Assembly (NCBI GenBank): GCA_965197585.1
Contig: OZ240215.1
Span: forward strand, 3,232,001 to 3,296,000
Reading direction: 5' to 3'
Length of the DNA: 64,000 bases
Source: Dehalococcoidia bacterium
Lineage (GTDB): Bacteria > Chloroflexota > Dehalococcoidia > Plut-88900
In this document: one piece after another, positions 48,148 to 57,801 of the stretch
Layout: every line of letters begins with the position of its first letter
Position numbering within the stretch: the stretch's first letter is position 1
The notes under the pieces: model-generated
Databases searched by the model: none
What the model was told of the DNA's origin: nothing
Seen by the model: only the letters and a program-made list of their open reading frames with translations
Program-made: the position numbers and the translations under genes

Positions 48148-49938
48148 ATGCACATGCACTATCACGGCTCAGGCAATATCGACGAGACGGACATCCGGGG
48201 CAGCCTGTACAACCAACAGGTGATGACCAGGCTGCTCCCGTATCTGGGGCCGTACAAGAAGATGGTAGCCGTTGCCACGGTTGCGATGCTGGTGCACACG
48301 GGAAGCCTGGTCCTGTTCCCCTGGCTCATCGCTATGGCATTCGGGTCGGTGGTAGACGGAAACCTGGACCGCCTGACGTGGGTCCTGGTTGCCATGGGCG
48401 TCAACGCATTGGTCGGATGGGCATTTAACTACGTCCAGCTCGTTCTCATGGCCCGGGTGGGCCAAAACGTACTGTACAACCTCAGGATGGACCTGTTCCG
48501 GCATCTGCAGAGCCTCTCCCTGAACTTCTATGACAAGAACGAAGTGGGACGCATCATGTCCCGTATGCAGAATGACATCATCCAACTCCAGGAATTCCTC
48601 ACAACGGGCATCCTCGTATTCGGCGACATTCTCGTGCTGGGCGGAATAGTCGGGGCAATGCTTCTGATGGACGTCCAACTGGCCTTGATAACCTTAGCCG
48701 TGCTCCCCTTCCTGTTCCTGCTCCTTTACTACTGGCAGCAATTCGCCCGCAGGGCATACCTGCGCGTCAGGAGAGCCATAGCGGCGGTGAACGGATCCTT
48801 GCAGGAGAACATCGCCGGCATCCGAGTCGTGCAGAGCACGGGAAGGGAAGAGCTGAACTTGAAGAAGTTCAGCAACCTGAACGGTCGCAACCTGAACACC
48901 AGCCTGGAGGCCAGCCGGTTGTCGTCCGGAGTACTGCCCGCCGTGGAGGTTATCAGCGCCTTGGCACTGGTACTGGTTATCATATTCGGGGGACGCCTGG
49001 CCCTCCAGGGAGACCTGCCGGAAGAGTTGCTGGTGGCGTTTGCCATGTACATACAGCGCTTCTTCGAACCGGTCAGAAACGTGACTATGCAGTACACGGA
49101 AATTCAGAGGGCCATGGCGTCGGGTGTAGGCGTATTCGAGCTTATGGACGTGCCCCTTTCCATCAAGGACGCCCCCCACGCCACCCCCCTCTCCACCGTT
49201 AAGGGCCGACTCCACTTCGATCACGTGAGCTTTTCCTACAACGAGGAAATCGAGGTGCTGCGTGACATCGACCTGCTCATCGAACCCGGGGAGACCGTGG
49301 CTGTGGTCGGGCCGACTGGTGGGGGAAAGAGCACCCTCGTCTCCCTGGTCCCGAGGTTGTACGACGTAAACGCAGGCCGTATCACCATAGACGGGATGGA
49401 CATTCGTGACGTGACCCGGGAGTCCTTGACCCGGCAGGTGAGTACGGTTCTCCAGGACCCGTTCCTGTTCACCGGCACCGTCGCCGAGAACATTCGCTAC
49501 GGACGCCTCAACGCGACCGACGAGGAGATACGGGAAGCCGCGATGCTCGTGGGGGCCGACCCATTCATTTCCAGGCTGCCTGATGGCTACGAGACCGAGC
49601 TCCAGGAGATGGGAAGTAATTTAAGCTCCGGCCAAAGACAACTGGTGAGCTTTGCCAGGGCCGTCATCGCCAACCCGCGCATCCTCATCCTGGATGAGGC
49701 AACGGCAAACATCGATACGCAGACCGAGTTCCTTATCCAGAGCGCCTTGGTCAAGCTGTTGAAGGGCAGGACATCTCTCATAATCGCCCACCGTTTGTCG
49801 ACTGTTCGCAACGCCTCGCGCATTGTGGTCATAGACAATGGCCGGATCGCCGAGATCGGCAACCACGATGAACTGGTGAGGCAGGGCGGGGTCTACGCCC
49901 GCCTCAACGCCATGACACTACAGGCGATGGAGGCCTAA
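48148..49938 (+). CDS. ABC exporter, TMD+NBD half (consensus site)
   Basis: GPTGGGKST, LSSGQ, LILDE and IAHR. Confidence 0.93.
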   Translation: MHMHYHGSGNIDETDIRGSLYNQQVMTRLLPYLGPYKKMVAVATVAMLVHTGSLVLFPWLIAMAFGSVVDGNLDRLTWVLVAMGVNALVGWAFNYVQLVLMARVGQNVLYNLRMDLFRHLQSLSLNFYDKNEVGRIMSRMQNDIIQLQEFLTTGILVFGDILVLGGIVGAMLLMDVQLALITLAVLPFLFLLLYYWQQFARRAYLRVRRAIAAVNGSLQENIAGIRVVQSTGREELNLKKFSNLNGRNLNTSLEASRLSSGVLPAVEVISALALVLVIIFGGRLALQGDLPEELLVAFAMYIQRFFEPVRNVTMQYTEIQRAMASGVGVFELMDVPLSIKDAPHATPLSTVKGRLHFDHVSFSYNEEIEVLRDIDLLIEPGETVAVVGPTGGGKSTLVSLVPRLYDVNAGRITIDGMDIRDVTRESLTRQVSTVLQDPFLFTGTVAENIRYGRLNATDEEIREAAMLVGADPFISRLPDGYETELQEMGSNLSSGQRQLVSFARAVIANPRILILDEATANIDTQTEFLIQSALVKLLKGRTSLIIAHRLSTVRNASRIVVIDNGRIAEIGNHDELVRQGGVYARLNAMTLQAMEA

Positions 49939-49950
49939 AGAGGCCCGGTA

Positions 49951-50979
49951 CTATAGGAGGCTTCCTTGCTCAGAGGAGGCGCTGTTGACGTAGGCGATGC
50001 CCAGGTGCTCGTATGCGCCCTTGGTGGCAACCCTCCCCCGAGGCGTACGGTCCAGGAAGCCGAGTTGGAGAAGGTAGGGTTCGTATACGTCCTGGATTGT
50101 GTCGGGCTCCTCGCTGATGGACGCAGCAACGGTGTCGAGGCCCACGGGACCGCCGTTGTAGTTCTGGATGATGGTGCGTAGGACGCGGTGGTCTATTTCG
50201 TCCAGGCCCAGTGAGTCAACTTCCAGCCGGGTGAGGGCCTCGGAGGCAGTCTGCTTTGAGATGACTCCGTCGGCCATAACCTCGGCATAGTCTCTGACGC
50301 GTTTGAGCAGTCGATTGGCAACCCTGGGGGTGCCCCGCGCCCGACGCGCTATCTCTTCCAGTCCCGCATCCTCCGCCTTCACCCCCAGAATGCTCGCAGC
50401 CCTGCTCACTATTTCTTTGATAGCGGCTGTGTCGTAGAAATCGAGCCGGTAGACGGCCCCGAACCGATTTCTCAGGGGTGCGCTGACCATGGCGTAGCGG
50501 GTGGTAGCCCCGACGAAGGTGAAGCGAGGGAGCTTCAGGCGCAGGCTACGGGCCCCGGCCCCCTTGCCGATCATGATGTCCAGGGCAAAGTCCTCCATCG
50601 CAGGGTAGAGCACTTCTTCAACGGCGCGGCTTAGGCGGTGCACCTCGTCTATGAAGAGAATGTCGTCCTTCTTGAGGTTCGTGATGATGGCCGCCAGGTC
50701 TCCCGCGCGCTCGACGGCGGGGCCTGAAGTGGTCTTGATGCTTACCCCCATCTCGGCGGCAACGATGTTGGCCAGGGTTGTCTTGCCGAGACCCGGAGGG
50801 CCGTATAGGAGGATGTGGTCCAAAGCCTCGCCCCGCTTCTTGGAAGCGGCTACGGCTATGGACAGGTTCCCCTTAACCTTGTCCTGCCCGATGTACTCGG
50901 AAAGGGTCTTGGGACGCAGGCTCAGGTCTAGAGAACCGTCATGTGTATGGGGCTTAGCCGATACAATCCGTTCAGCCAT
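49951..50979 (-). CDS. ruvB: Holliday junction branch migration helicase
   Basis: [38 protein letters not shown] and RTPRGR. Confidence 0.96.
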   Translation of the reverse strand: MAERIVSAKPHTHDGSLDLSLRPKTLSEYIGQDKVKGNLSIAVAASKKRGEALDHILLYGPPGLGKTTLANIVAAEMGVSIKTTSGPAVERAGDLAAIITNLKKDDILFIDEVHRLSRAVEEVLYPAMEDFALDIMIGKGAGARSLRLKLPRFTFVGATTRYAMVSAPLRNRFGAVYRLDFYDTAAIKEIVSRAASILGVKAEDAGLEEIARRARGTPRVANRLLKRVRDYAEVMADGVISKQTASEALTRLEVDSLGLDEIDHRVLRTIIQNYNGGPVGLDTVAASISEEPDTIQDVYEPYLLQLGFLDRTPRGRVATKGAYEHLGIAYVNSASSEQGSLL

Positions 50980-51049
50980 CCGGCCTCCCGTCCCCACGGT
51001 CTGGCTTCAACCGAAAGGGTGAAGAAGTTTCGTTTGACGCCAGTCTAGC

Positions 51050-51823
51050 CTAGCTCCCCTTGAAGGTAGGCGCTCGCTTCTCTTGGAAAGACCGGATGCC
51101 CTCGGCGTAGTCCTCTGTGTGCATGAGCATGCGGTTGGTGTGGAACTCCATCCCGAGCACCGTGTTAAGAGGGGACTCCTGTGCAGCGTAGGTGACTTTC
51201 CTAATGGCTGATACGGTAAGCGGCGGATTTTCAGCAATCTTGCTTGCCAGCGCTTTAGCTGCTGGAAGGAGCTCGTCCGCTGGGACCACTTGACTTACCA
51301 GTCCCATCCCCAAGGCAGTCTGTGCATTAATGATGTCACCGGTATACATGAGTTGGAAGGCATTGGATATGCCTACTAATCGGGGAAGGGTAAAGCTCAG
51401 ACCGCAGTCCACACCCAGGCCCCGGCGGACGAAAATGGAGGTGAAACGAGCCTGCTCAGAGGCAATGCGGATGTCACACGCAGTAGTGAGTGAGAAGCCA
51501 AGCCCTGCCGCTACACCGTTGATCGCCCCTATGATTGGGCGGCGGAAGGCGCGCAATTGCTGGATGACGGCGTCCCACACTCCTGCCCATGCATTTTGGG
51601 ACTGCTTCTGCTCGTTCCCAGATACATCGGCCCCCGAGCAGAAACCCTTGCCGGCCCCGGTGATAATAAGGGTGCGGCTGTCGTGGTCCTCATTGATGGT
51701 GTGAAGTATGCTTCGTAGCTCCAGGCCCATGTCATGAGTCACGGCGTTGAGCTTATCGGGACGGTTCAGAGTGAGTACGAAATTGCCGTTGTCCTCGTCC
51801 AGAAGGAAGTTCTTGAAGGCCAT
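51050..51823 (-). CDS. Enoyl-CoA hydratase/isomerase family protein
   Basis: LNRPDKLNA, FCSGAD, AINGVAAG and EKRAPTF; ATG 51823. Confidence 0.9.
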   Translation of the reverse strand: MAFKNFLLDEDNGNFVLTLNRPDKLNAVTHDMGLELRSILHTINEDHDSRTLIITGAGKGFCSGADVSGNEQKQSQNAWAGVWDAVIQQLRAFRRPIIGAINGVAAGLGFSLTTACDIRIASEQARFTSIFVRRGLGVDCGLSFTLPRLVGISNAFQLMYTGDIINAQTALGMGLVSQVVPADELLPAAKALASKIAENPPLTVSAIRKVTYAAQESPLNTVLGMEFHTNRMLMHTEDYAEGIRSFQEKRAPTFKGS

Positions 51824-51949
51824 TCTGATCTCCCTGTATTGTGGGCCGGGATTGGTCTCGCTCCTCTCCGCATGATACCCAGCGCCCCATTCAGGCGTCA
51901 ACAAAGTGTCGCGAGGCCTTATAACCAGCCCCTCTCTGAGGGGCTACCC

Positions 51950-51978
51950 TTGACATGATTTTCGCACGTAAATATAAT
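51950..51978 (+). promoter_or_regulatory. Consensus sigma70 promoter of the yceD-rpmF-fab operon
   Basis: TTGACA-17 bp-TATAAT, perfect consensus. Confidence 0.85.
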
Positions 51979-52007
51979 TTCGCTTTGAATTCCTAGAGTT
52001 CACGCGC

Positions 52008-52529
52008 ATGCACTTCAACGTAGCGCAGCTTCTCTCTGGGCCCGTGGGGGCCGTGAGGGAGTGCCAAGTTTCAGGCGGCTTGGATTGGGCGGACGGTCAA
52101 ATCAAGGCCGTAATATCCGGGCCGGTGCAGATGATGCACACGGACAGGGGTGTTTTGGTCCGCGGCACACTGTGTGCGGTAGTGAATCTGGAATGCGTAA
52201 GGTGTCTGAACCAATTCGACGAAAAAGTTTCGGTCGCCTTAGAGGAGGAGTACATATCGGCGCATCAGACTTCCGGAAGAGTGGAAAGGCAGGCTCTTCG
52301 AGCAGACAACCTGCTCATTGATTCCAATAACCTTCTGGACCTGGAACCCGCGCTGAAAGAATACGCTACATTGAACAGCCCGCTGAAACCCGTGTGCAGG
52401 CCCGACTGTCCCGGCCTATGCTCTCGGTGCGGAGCTGATCTGACTCAGACCGGTTGCCTTTGCGTTACTGCCGAGGGATCCGAACAATCGGGGCTGTCGG
52501 GCCTCTTGGCAAAATATCGAACGGCGTGA
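52008..52529 (+). CDS. DUF177/YceD-family protein
   Basis: ECVRCL and CRPDCPGLCSRCGADL; precedes rpmF. Confidence 0.9.
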   Translation: MHFNVAQLLSGPVGAVRECQVSGGLDWADGQIKAVISGPVQMMHTDRGVLVRGTLCAVVNLECVRCLNQFDEKVSVALEEEYISAHQTSGRVERQALRADNLLIDSNNLLDLEPALKEYATLNSPLKPVCRPDCPGLCSRCGADLTQTGCLCVTAEGSEQSGLSGLLAKYRTA

Positions 52530-52557
52530 AGCCGGTCGCGGAGATTCAAAGATAGTT

Positions 52558-52734
52558 ATGGGTGCACTACCGAAGAGAAAGACGAGCAAGGCCAGAAGAA
52601 ATAAGCGGCGTGGGCAGGATAAGGTCATAGGACCCTCCCTCGTCGAATGTTCCCGTTGCCGCAATCCCAAGCTCTCCCATCACGTTTGCCCCACGTGCGG
52701 CACCTACAACGGCAGGGAAGTATTCGCCGAATAG
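52558..52734 (+). CDS. rpmF: 50S ribosomal protein L32 (zinc-ribbon form); absent from the ORF track
   Basis: Manual translation MGALPKRKTSKARRNKRR...CSRC...HHVCPTCGTYNGREVFAE. Confidence 0.95.
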   Translation: MGALPKRKTSKARRNKRRGQDKVIGPSLVECSRCRNPKLSHHVCPTCGTYNGREVFAE

Positions 52735-52765
52735 TTCCCTTGAACGTCATCAAGGAGATTCATCT

Positions 52766-53692
52766 ATGGTTGCACAGCTAGAAGAAAAAAAGACCGCGTT
52801 CATATTCCCGGGTCAGGGGTCACAGGTAGTGGGAATGGGCAAGGACCTCTATGAGAGCTCTCCCACTGCGCGGTCGATATTCGACGAGGCGGACGAGATT
52901 CTCGGTTTCTCCCTCACCCGACTCTGCTTTGAGGGACCCCAGGAAGAGTTGACCCAGACTCAAAACGCCCAGCCCGCAATATTCACGACGAGCTTGGCGG
53001 CCTTGGCGGATATGAAAGAGAAGTCCAATGGCCAATTGGTAAACCCCGCTTTCGTGGCGGGACACAGCCTCGGTGAGTACGTCGCCCTCGTTGCCGCCGA
53101 CACTCTCACCTTCTCCGACGCCCTGCCCTTGGTTAGGGAGCGGGGTCAGCTCATGCAGAATGCCAACAGCATCCAGCCCGGCGGCATGGCCGCTATCATC
53201 GGTCTGGATGAGTCCACCACCGAAGAGATATGCCAGCAGACCGGCATGCAGATTTCCAACATCAACTCCCGGGAGCAGATAGTAATAAGCGGGCCCCAGG
53301 TGAACATCGCCAACGCATTGGACCTGGCAAGGGCCCGAGGCGCCAAAAAAGTCGTGCCTCTTCCTGTTGGCTCCGCCTTCCACTCCAACCTGATGGAACC
53401 CACCGTCGAGCGTATGACCAGTGCCATCGACCAGGTTAGCCTGAGCGACGCCTTGGTGCCGATCGTGGCCAACAGCAGCGCGAAGCCCGTGGTCGCAGCC
53501 GGTGACATCCGGGAAGAGCTGGTCTGGCAACTCTGCCACTGCGTCCAGTGGTTGGGAAGCGTCGAGTACATGATAGGGGCAGGTGTGACCACCTTCGTAG
53601 AAATCGGGCCTGGCAAGATCCTCAGCAGCCTCGTGCGTCGCATAGACCCCTCTGTCTCCGCTTTGACCTTGAATGACTACTTCAGCGGCTAA
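52766..53692 (+). CDS. fabD: Malonyl-CoA:ACP transacylase
   Basis: FPGQGSQ, GHSLGEY, AFHS and EIGPG. Confidence 0.95.
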   Translation: MVAQLEEKKTAFIFPGQGSQVVGMGKDLYESSPTARSIFDEADEILGFSLTRLCFEGPQEELTQTQNAQPAIFTTSLAALADMKEKSNGQLVNPAFVAGHSLGEYVALVAADTLTFSDALPLVRERGQLMQNANSIQPGGMAAIIGLDESTTEEICQQTGMQISNINSREQIVISGPQVNIANALDLARARGAKKVVPLPVGSAFHSNLMEPTVERMTSAIDQVSLSDALVPIVANSSAKPVVAAGDIREELVWQLCHCVQWLGSVEYMIGAGVTTFVEIGPGKILSSLVRRIDPSVSALTLNDYFSG

Positions 53693-53732
53693 TACCCGGC
53701 TTCGGCGCCCTTAGGCTATCCAGCACATTAAC

Positions 53733-54485
53733 TTGGACCAGAATCTCGCGGGAAAAATTGCCATCGTAACCGGGGGGTCCCGGGGCATAGGGCAGGCCAT
53801 TGCTGTCAGGCTCGCCAGGTCAGGGGCATTGGTCTCTGTCGGCGGGTTGCACGATATCTCCGCCACCCGAGCCTTGGTGGAGGCCGCCGGTGTCCCCACC
53901 GAAAACCTCCTCTTCACCCGCGCGGATGTCACTTCCCAGGAAGACGTAGAGACGCTGGTCAAGGCCACTATTGATCGATTCGGCAAGGTAGACATCCTGG
54001 TAAACAACGCCGGGATCAACCGGGACGGGCTGCTCCTACGCATGAAACTGGATGATTGGGACGTGGTCCTCAACACTAACCTGCGTGGCGCGTTCTTGTG
54101 CACCCAGAAGGTTCTCAGCGGTATGGTGAGAAGCCGCTGGGGAAGAATAATTAACATTTCCAGCGTCGTGGGTGTGGCAGGCAATCCGGGTCAGGCGAAC
54201 TATGCCGCCGCCAAGGCCGGAATAATCGGCTTGACCAAGACTACGGCCCGAGAAGTCGCATCCCGAAACATTACCGTCAACGCCGTTGCCCCCGGCTTCA
54301 TAGATACGGACATGACCTCCGGCCTTAGCGACCAGGTCCGGGACAGGCTTCGAGGCCAGATCCCCCAGGCCAGGTTCGGCGCTCCCGATGATGTCGCCGA
54401 CCTCGTAGAGTTCCTTGCATCCGACCGCTCGGCATACATCACCGGACAGGTGATCAACGTCGACGGCGGAATGTTCATGACGTAG
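53733..54485 (+). CDS. fabG: 3-oxoacyl-ACP reductase
   Basis: TGGSRGIG, NNAGINRD, GQANYAAAK and APGFIDTDMT. Confidence 0.93.
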   Translation: MDQNLAGKIAIVTGGSRGIGQAIAVRLARSGALVSVGGLHDISATRALVEAAGVPTENLLFTRADVTSQEDVETLVKATIDRFGKVDILVNNAGINRDGLLLRMKLDDWDVVLNTNLRGAFLCTQKVLSGMVRSRWGRIINISSVVGVAGNPGQANYAAAKAGIIGLTKTTAREVASRNITVNAVAPGFIDTDMTSGLSDQVRDRLRGQIPQARFGAPDDVADLVEFLASDRSAYITGQVINVDGGMFMT

Positions 54486-54497
54486 CTGAGGAACTAG

Positions 54498-54908
54498 ATG
54501 CCCGGGTCCAGACGAAAAGGCAGAATCTTGGCGTTGCAGGCGCTCTATGAAGCCGACACGGTACAGCATGAAGTCAGCGCCATCCTAGAGCGGTCCAAGG
54601 AAAACACTGACCCATCCGATGACTCTTGGCAATTCGGTGCCGAGCTCGCCAAGGGAGTAGTCAACCGGATAGAAAATATAGACCGGATCATCGAGTCATA
54701 CGCTCCCAACTGGCCGATCTCCCAGCTTTCCTCTATAGACCGTAATATCTTGCGCATAGCCGTATACGAGCTTACTGCACCGACTGACACTCCACCCAAG
54801 GCCGCAGCCAACGAGGCTGTCGAGTTGGCCAAGACCTTCGGAAGCGATAGTTCGCAGCGTTTCGTAAACGGCGTGCTGGGGAGTTTGCTCGCCGAGCGCA
54901 ATGCTTGA
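54498..54908 (+). CDS. nusB: Transcription antitermination factor
   Basis: RRKGRILALQALY, DRNILR, NEAVELAK and FVNGVL. Confidence 0.95.
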   Translation: MPGSRRKGRILALQALYEADTVQHEVSAILERSKENTDPSDDSWQFGAELAKGVVNRIENIDRIIESYAPNWPISQLSSIDRNILRIAVYELTAPTDTPPKAAANEAVELAKTFGSDSSQRFVNGVLGSLLAERNA

Positions 54909-54968
54909 CACGACCCCCCTGTAGCCTTTACATATAGACAATTAGCAGTCACTAACAGGAGTTATGCA

Positions 54969-55229
54969 ATGGCTGAAGTCCATGACAGAGTTAAGAAGAT
55001 AATAGTAGAGCAGCTTGGTGTCGAAGAGGCAGAAGTAGTTTCTTCTGCCTCTTTCATCGATGACCTCAACGCCGATTCCCTGGACTTGGTTGAACTGATA
55101 ATGGCCCTGGAAGACGAGTTCAGCGATGGTGACCAGAAACTGGAAATCGCCGACGAGGACGCCGAGAAAATTCTGACCGTTCAGGATGCGATCGACTTCA
55201 TCTCGGAAAACGTAGATACAGGCGCCTAA
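54969..55229 (+). CDS. acpP: Acyl carrier protein
   Basis: [17 protein letters not shown]. Confidence 0.96.
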   Translation: MAEVHDRVKKIIVEQLGVEEAEVVSSASFIDDLNADSLDLVELIMALEDEFSDGDQKLEIADEDAEKILTVQDAIDFISENVDTGA

Positions 55230-55474
55230 AACCCTCGGCGCTCTGCCGATTGGGCGCACAGGCAAGCTAGCTCAGCCTTCCCTTTCCGGTTGGTGTTGCG
55301 GCCCGTTTCAGGGCAGTGCTATACTCCAAACGTAATATTCGATTATTTCCATTATCCTTGGTTTGATGAAAGCCAACATCCTGAGCCCCGGCCCCGTTCC
55401 AAAGTCCTAGCCTGAACATGACCTCTAGCTCCGGAAGAGCCCGTTCCCTGTCGCATCTTTGCGTCTTTTGAAAG

Positions 55475-56089
55475 GTGACTCTATCTTTGGAACTTGACCG
55501 ATTGCATGACCGGATTAAGGAGTGCACAGCCTGTGGCCTCTGCGAGGGACGCACGACTGTCGTGCCGGGAGAAGGCCCGGAGCATCCCAGGATCATGTTC
55601 ATTGGTGAGGGCCCTGGATTTAACGAAGACAAGCAGGGTCGACCCTTCGTAGGGCCTGCGGGAAAGTTCTTGGAAGAGCTGTTGTCCGCCATAGACATGC
55701 GCAGGGAGGACGTTTACATAACCAATATCATCAAGTGCCGCCCACCTGGGAATCGAGACCCGCTTCCCGAAGAGGTGGAGTCATGCAGAACATGGCTCGA
55801 GCAGCAGATGGCCCTTCTCGACCCTGCCCTTATAGTAACGTTGGGCCGCCACTCGATGTCCAGGTTCTTCCCTAAAGAGACCATCGGCAAGGTGCACGGT
55901 ACGGCTAAGAAAGTCGATGGCCGCACGGTCTTTGCCATGTATCATCCTGCCGCAGCGCTGCACCAACAGAGACTCAGAGATACGTTGATCGAAGATATGA
56001 AGAAAATCCCCGGGGTATTGGCGCAGGAGGCCCAGGTGCCCGAGGTGGCCCAAGAAGAGGCCGGTCCCGAGCAATTATCCATGTTCTAA
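55475..56089 (+). CDS. Uracil-DNA glycosylase family 4
   Basis: CTAC, GEGPG, PFVGPAG, KCRPP and YHPAA. Confidence 0.92.
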   Translation: MTLSLELDRLHDRIKECTACGLCEGRTTVVPGEGPEHPRIMFIGEGPGFNEDKQGRPFVGPAGKFLEELLSAIDMRREDVYITNIIKCRPPGNRDPLPEEVESCRTWLEQQMALLDPALIVTLGRHSMSRFFPKETIGKVHGTAKKVDGRTVFAMYHPAAALHQQRLRDTLIEDMKKIPGVLAQEAQVPEVAQEEAGPEQLSMF

Positions 56090-56099
56090 TTTTTTTCGC

Positions 56100-57755
56100 A
56101 TGTCCAACCTTCCTTTCAAAGTAATTCCGTTAGGCGGTCTGGGTGAAATAGGGAAAAATATGCTGGCGTTGGAATATGACGGCGATATTGTCGTTATAGA
56201 TGCCGGTATTTCGTTCCCCGGGGAAGACCTTCCAGGTATAAATCTGGTCATCCCCGACATTTCATACCTCATCGAGAACGCCTCCAAGGTCCGGGGTATC
56301 GTTATAACCCACGGGCACGAAGACCATACCGGCGCGCTCCCGTTCGTCTTGGACCAATTGGACGTCCCGGTCTACGCCCCGCGCCTCGCCGAAGGACTAA
56401 TCGCGGCGAAGCTCAAGGGGTATGGTAAGCTCAAGAATGCCCAGCTGGAGATCGCTATACCCGGCGTCCCCTTCGATGTGGGCGTTTTCACCGTGGAGAG
56501 CTTCAGGGTCTGCCACAGCATCCCGGACTCCACAGGATTGATAGTCCGATATCCGGGAGGCGCCGTTATACACACGGGCGACTTCAAGTTCGACCATACA
56601 CCGGTAGATGGCAGACCGGCAGACCTGTCCCGCCTGGCCCAGCTAGGTGACGAGGGAGTGCAGTTGCTTCTTTCGGACTCTACCTACGCTGAGCTGCCTG
56701 GTTACACGCCTTCGGAGCAGACGGTGGGTGAGACGCTGCGGCAGATAATGGTCGAAGCCGAGGGTCGGGTAATCGTGGCTACCTTTGCGTCATTGGTGTC
56801 CAGGGTCCAGCAGGTGATAGATGCGGCCGTGGCAAACGGGCGGAAAGTGTGCGTTGAAGGCCGGAGCATGGTCGAAACCGTCAATCTATCCGAAAAGCTG
56901 GGCTACCTGGATGTGCCCGAGGGTACGCTCATCAGACTGGATGACGCCCGGAAACTTGCCCCGAGTCAGGTGACAATAGTGCTCACCGGAACTCAGGGAG
57001 AGCCGTCCTCGGCCCTGAGCAGGATTGCCAACCGGGAGCACAAGCACATAGAGATAGAACCCAAAGACACCGTGGTGATGTCGGCTTCTCCTATACCCGG
57101 GAACCAGGGCCACATCGGCAAGACCATAGACAACCTGTTCCGGCTGGGCGCCAACGTTTTGTATGGACGGATCAGACAAGTTCATGTGCACGGCCACGCC
57201 AGTCAGGAAGAACTAAAGCTGATGCTGGGATTGACCAGGCCCAGATTTTTCGTGCCAATCCACGGCGAGCACCGGCACCAGGTCATTCACACCAGGCTGG
57301 CCCAGTCCATGGGCATCGATCCTGACAATACGTTCGTGCTGGACAACGGCGACGTTTTGGAAATTTCGGAACATGAAGCTCGTATCACCGATAGGGTCCA
57401 GGCAGGGCCCGTGTACCTCGACGGAAGCGGCCGGTGGGAGACCGAAAGCAAGGTCCTCAAAGACCGGAGGAAATTGGCCCGATATGGGTTTGTTATAATT
57501 ACGTTAAGTCTTGACAAGGCTACGGGCAAAGTGAACTCTAACCCGGAAGTCGTAACCCAAGGTTTCGCCGAAGAGGCCGAGACCCCCGCTCTTATCGAGG
57601 GTACTCATAGGGTGGTAGCCGAGACCGTCGAGCAGTTGAACGGCACCCTGACCGGGGCCAATTTGAAATCAAGTATTAAATCCGCGCTTAAGAAATATTA
57701 TCACCAAGAGACAAAACGACGCCCAATTATCCTTCCAATAGTTGTGGAAGGGTGA
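56100..57755 (+). CDS. rnj: Ribonuclease J
   Basis: LGGLGEIGKN, THGHEDH, HSIPD, HVHGHA and PIHGE. Confidence 0.95.
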   Translation: MSNLPFKVIPLGGLGEIGKNMLALEYDGDIVVIDAGISFPGEDLPGINLVIPDISYLIENASKVRGIVITHGHEDHTGALPFVLDQLDVPVYAPRLAEGLIAAKLKGYGKLKNAQLEIAIPGVPFDVGVFTVESFRVCHSIPDSTGLIVRYPGGAVIHTGDFKFDHTPVDGRPADLSRLAQLGDEGVQLLLSDSTYAELPGYTPSEQTVGETLRQIMVEAEGRVIVATFASLVSRVQQVIDAAVANGRKVCVEGRSMVETVNLSEKLGYLDVPEGTLIRLDDARKLAPSQVTIVLTGTQGEPSSALSRIANREHKHIEIEPKDTVVMSASPIPGNQGHIGKTIDNLFRLGANVLYGRIRQVHVHGHASQEELKLMLGLTRPRFFVPIHGEHRHQVIHTRLAQSMGIDPDNTFVLDNGDVLEISEHEARITDRVQAGPVYLDGSGRWETESKVLKDRRKLARYGFVIITLSLDKATGKVNSNPEVVTQGFAEEAETPALIEGTHRVVAETVEQLNGTLTGANLKSSIKSALKKYYHQETKRRPIILPIVVEG

Positions 57756-57801
57756 GGCATTTGGTAATGGAAATCACAAATCAAAGAAAGGAGGATCGGC
57801 A

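Noticed and set aside
46372-49938. Degenerate Walker B, switch and signature motifs in the ABC pair
   Set aside because: Normal asymmetry of heterodimeric exporters (TM287/288 type), not pseudogenisation
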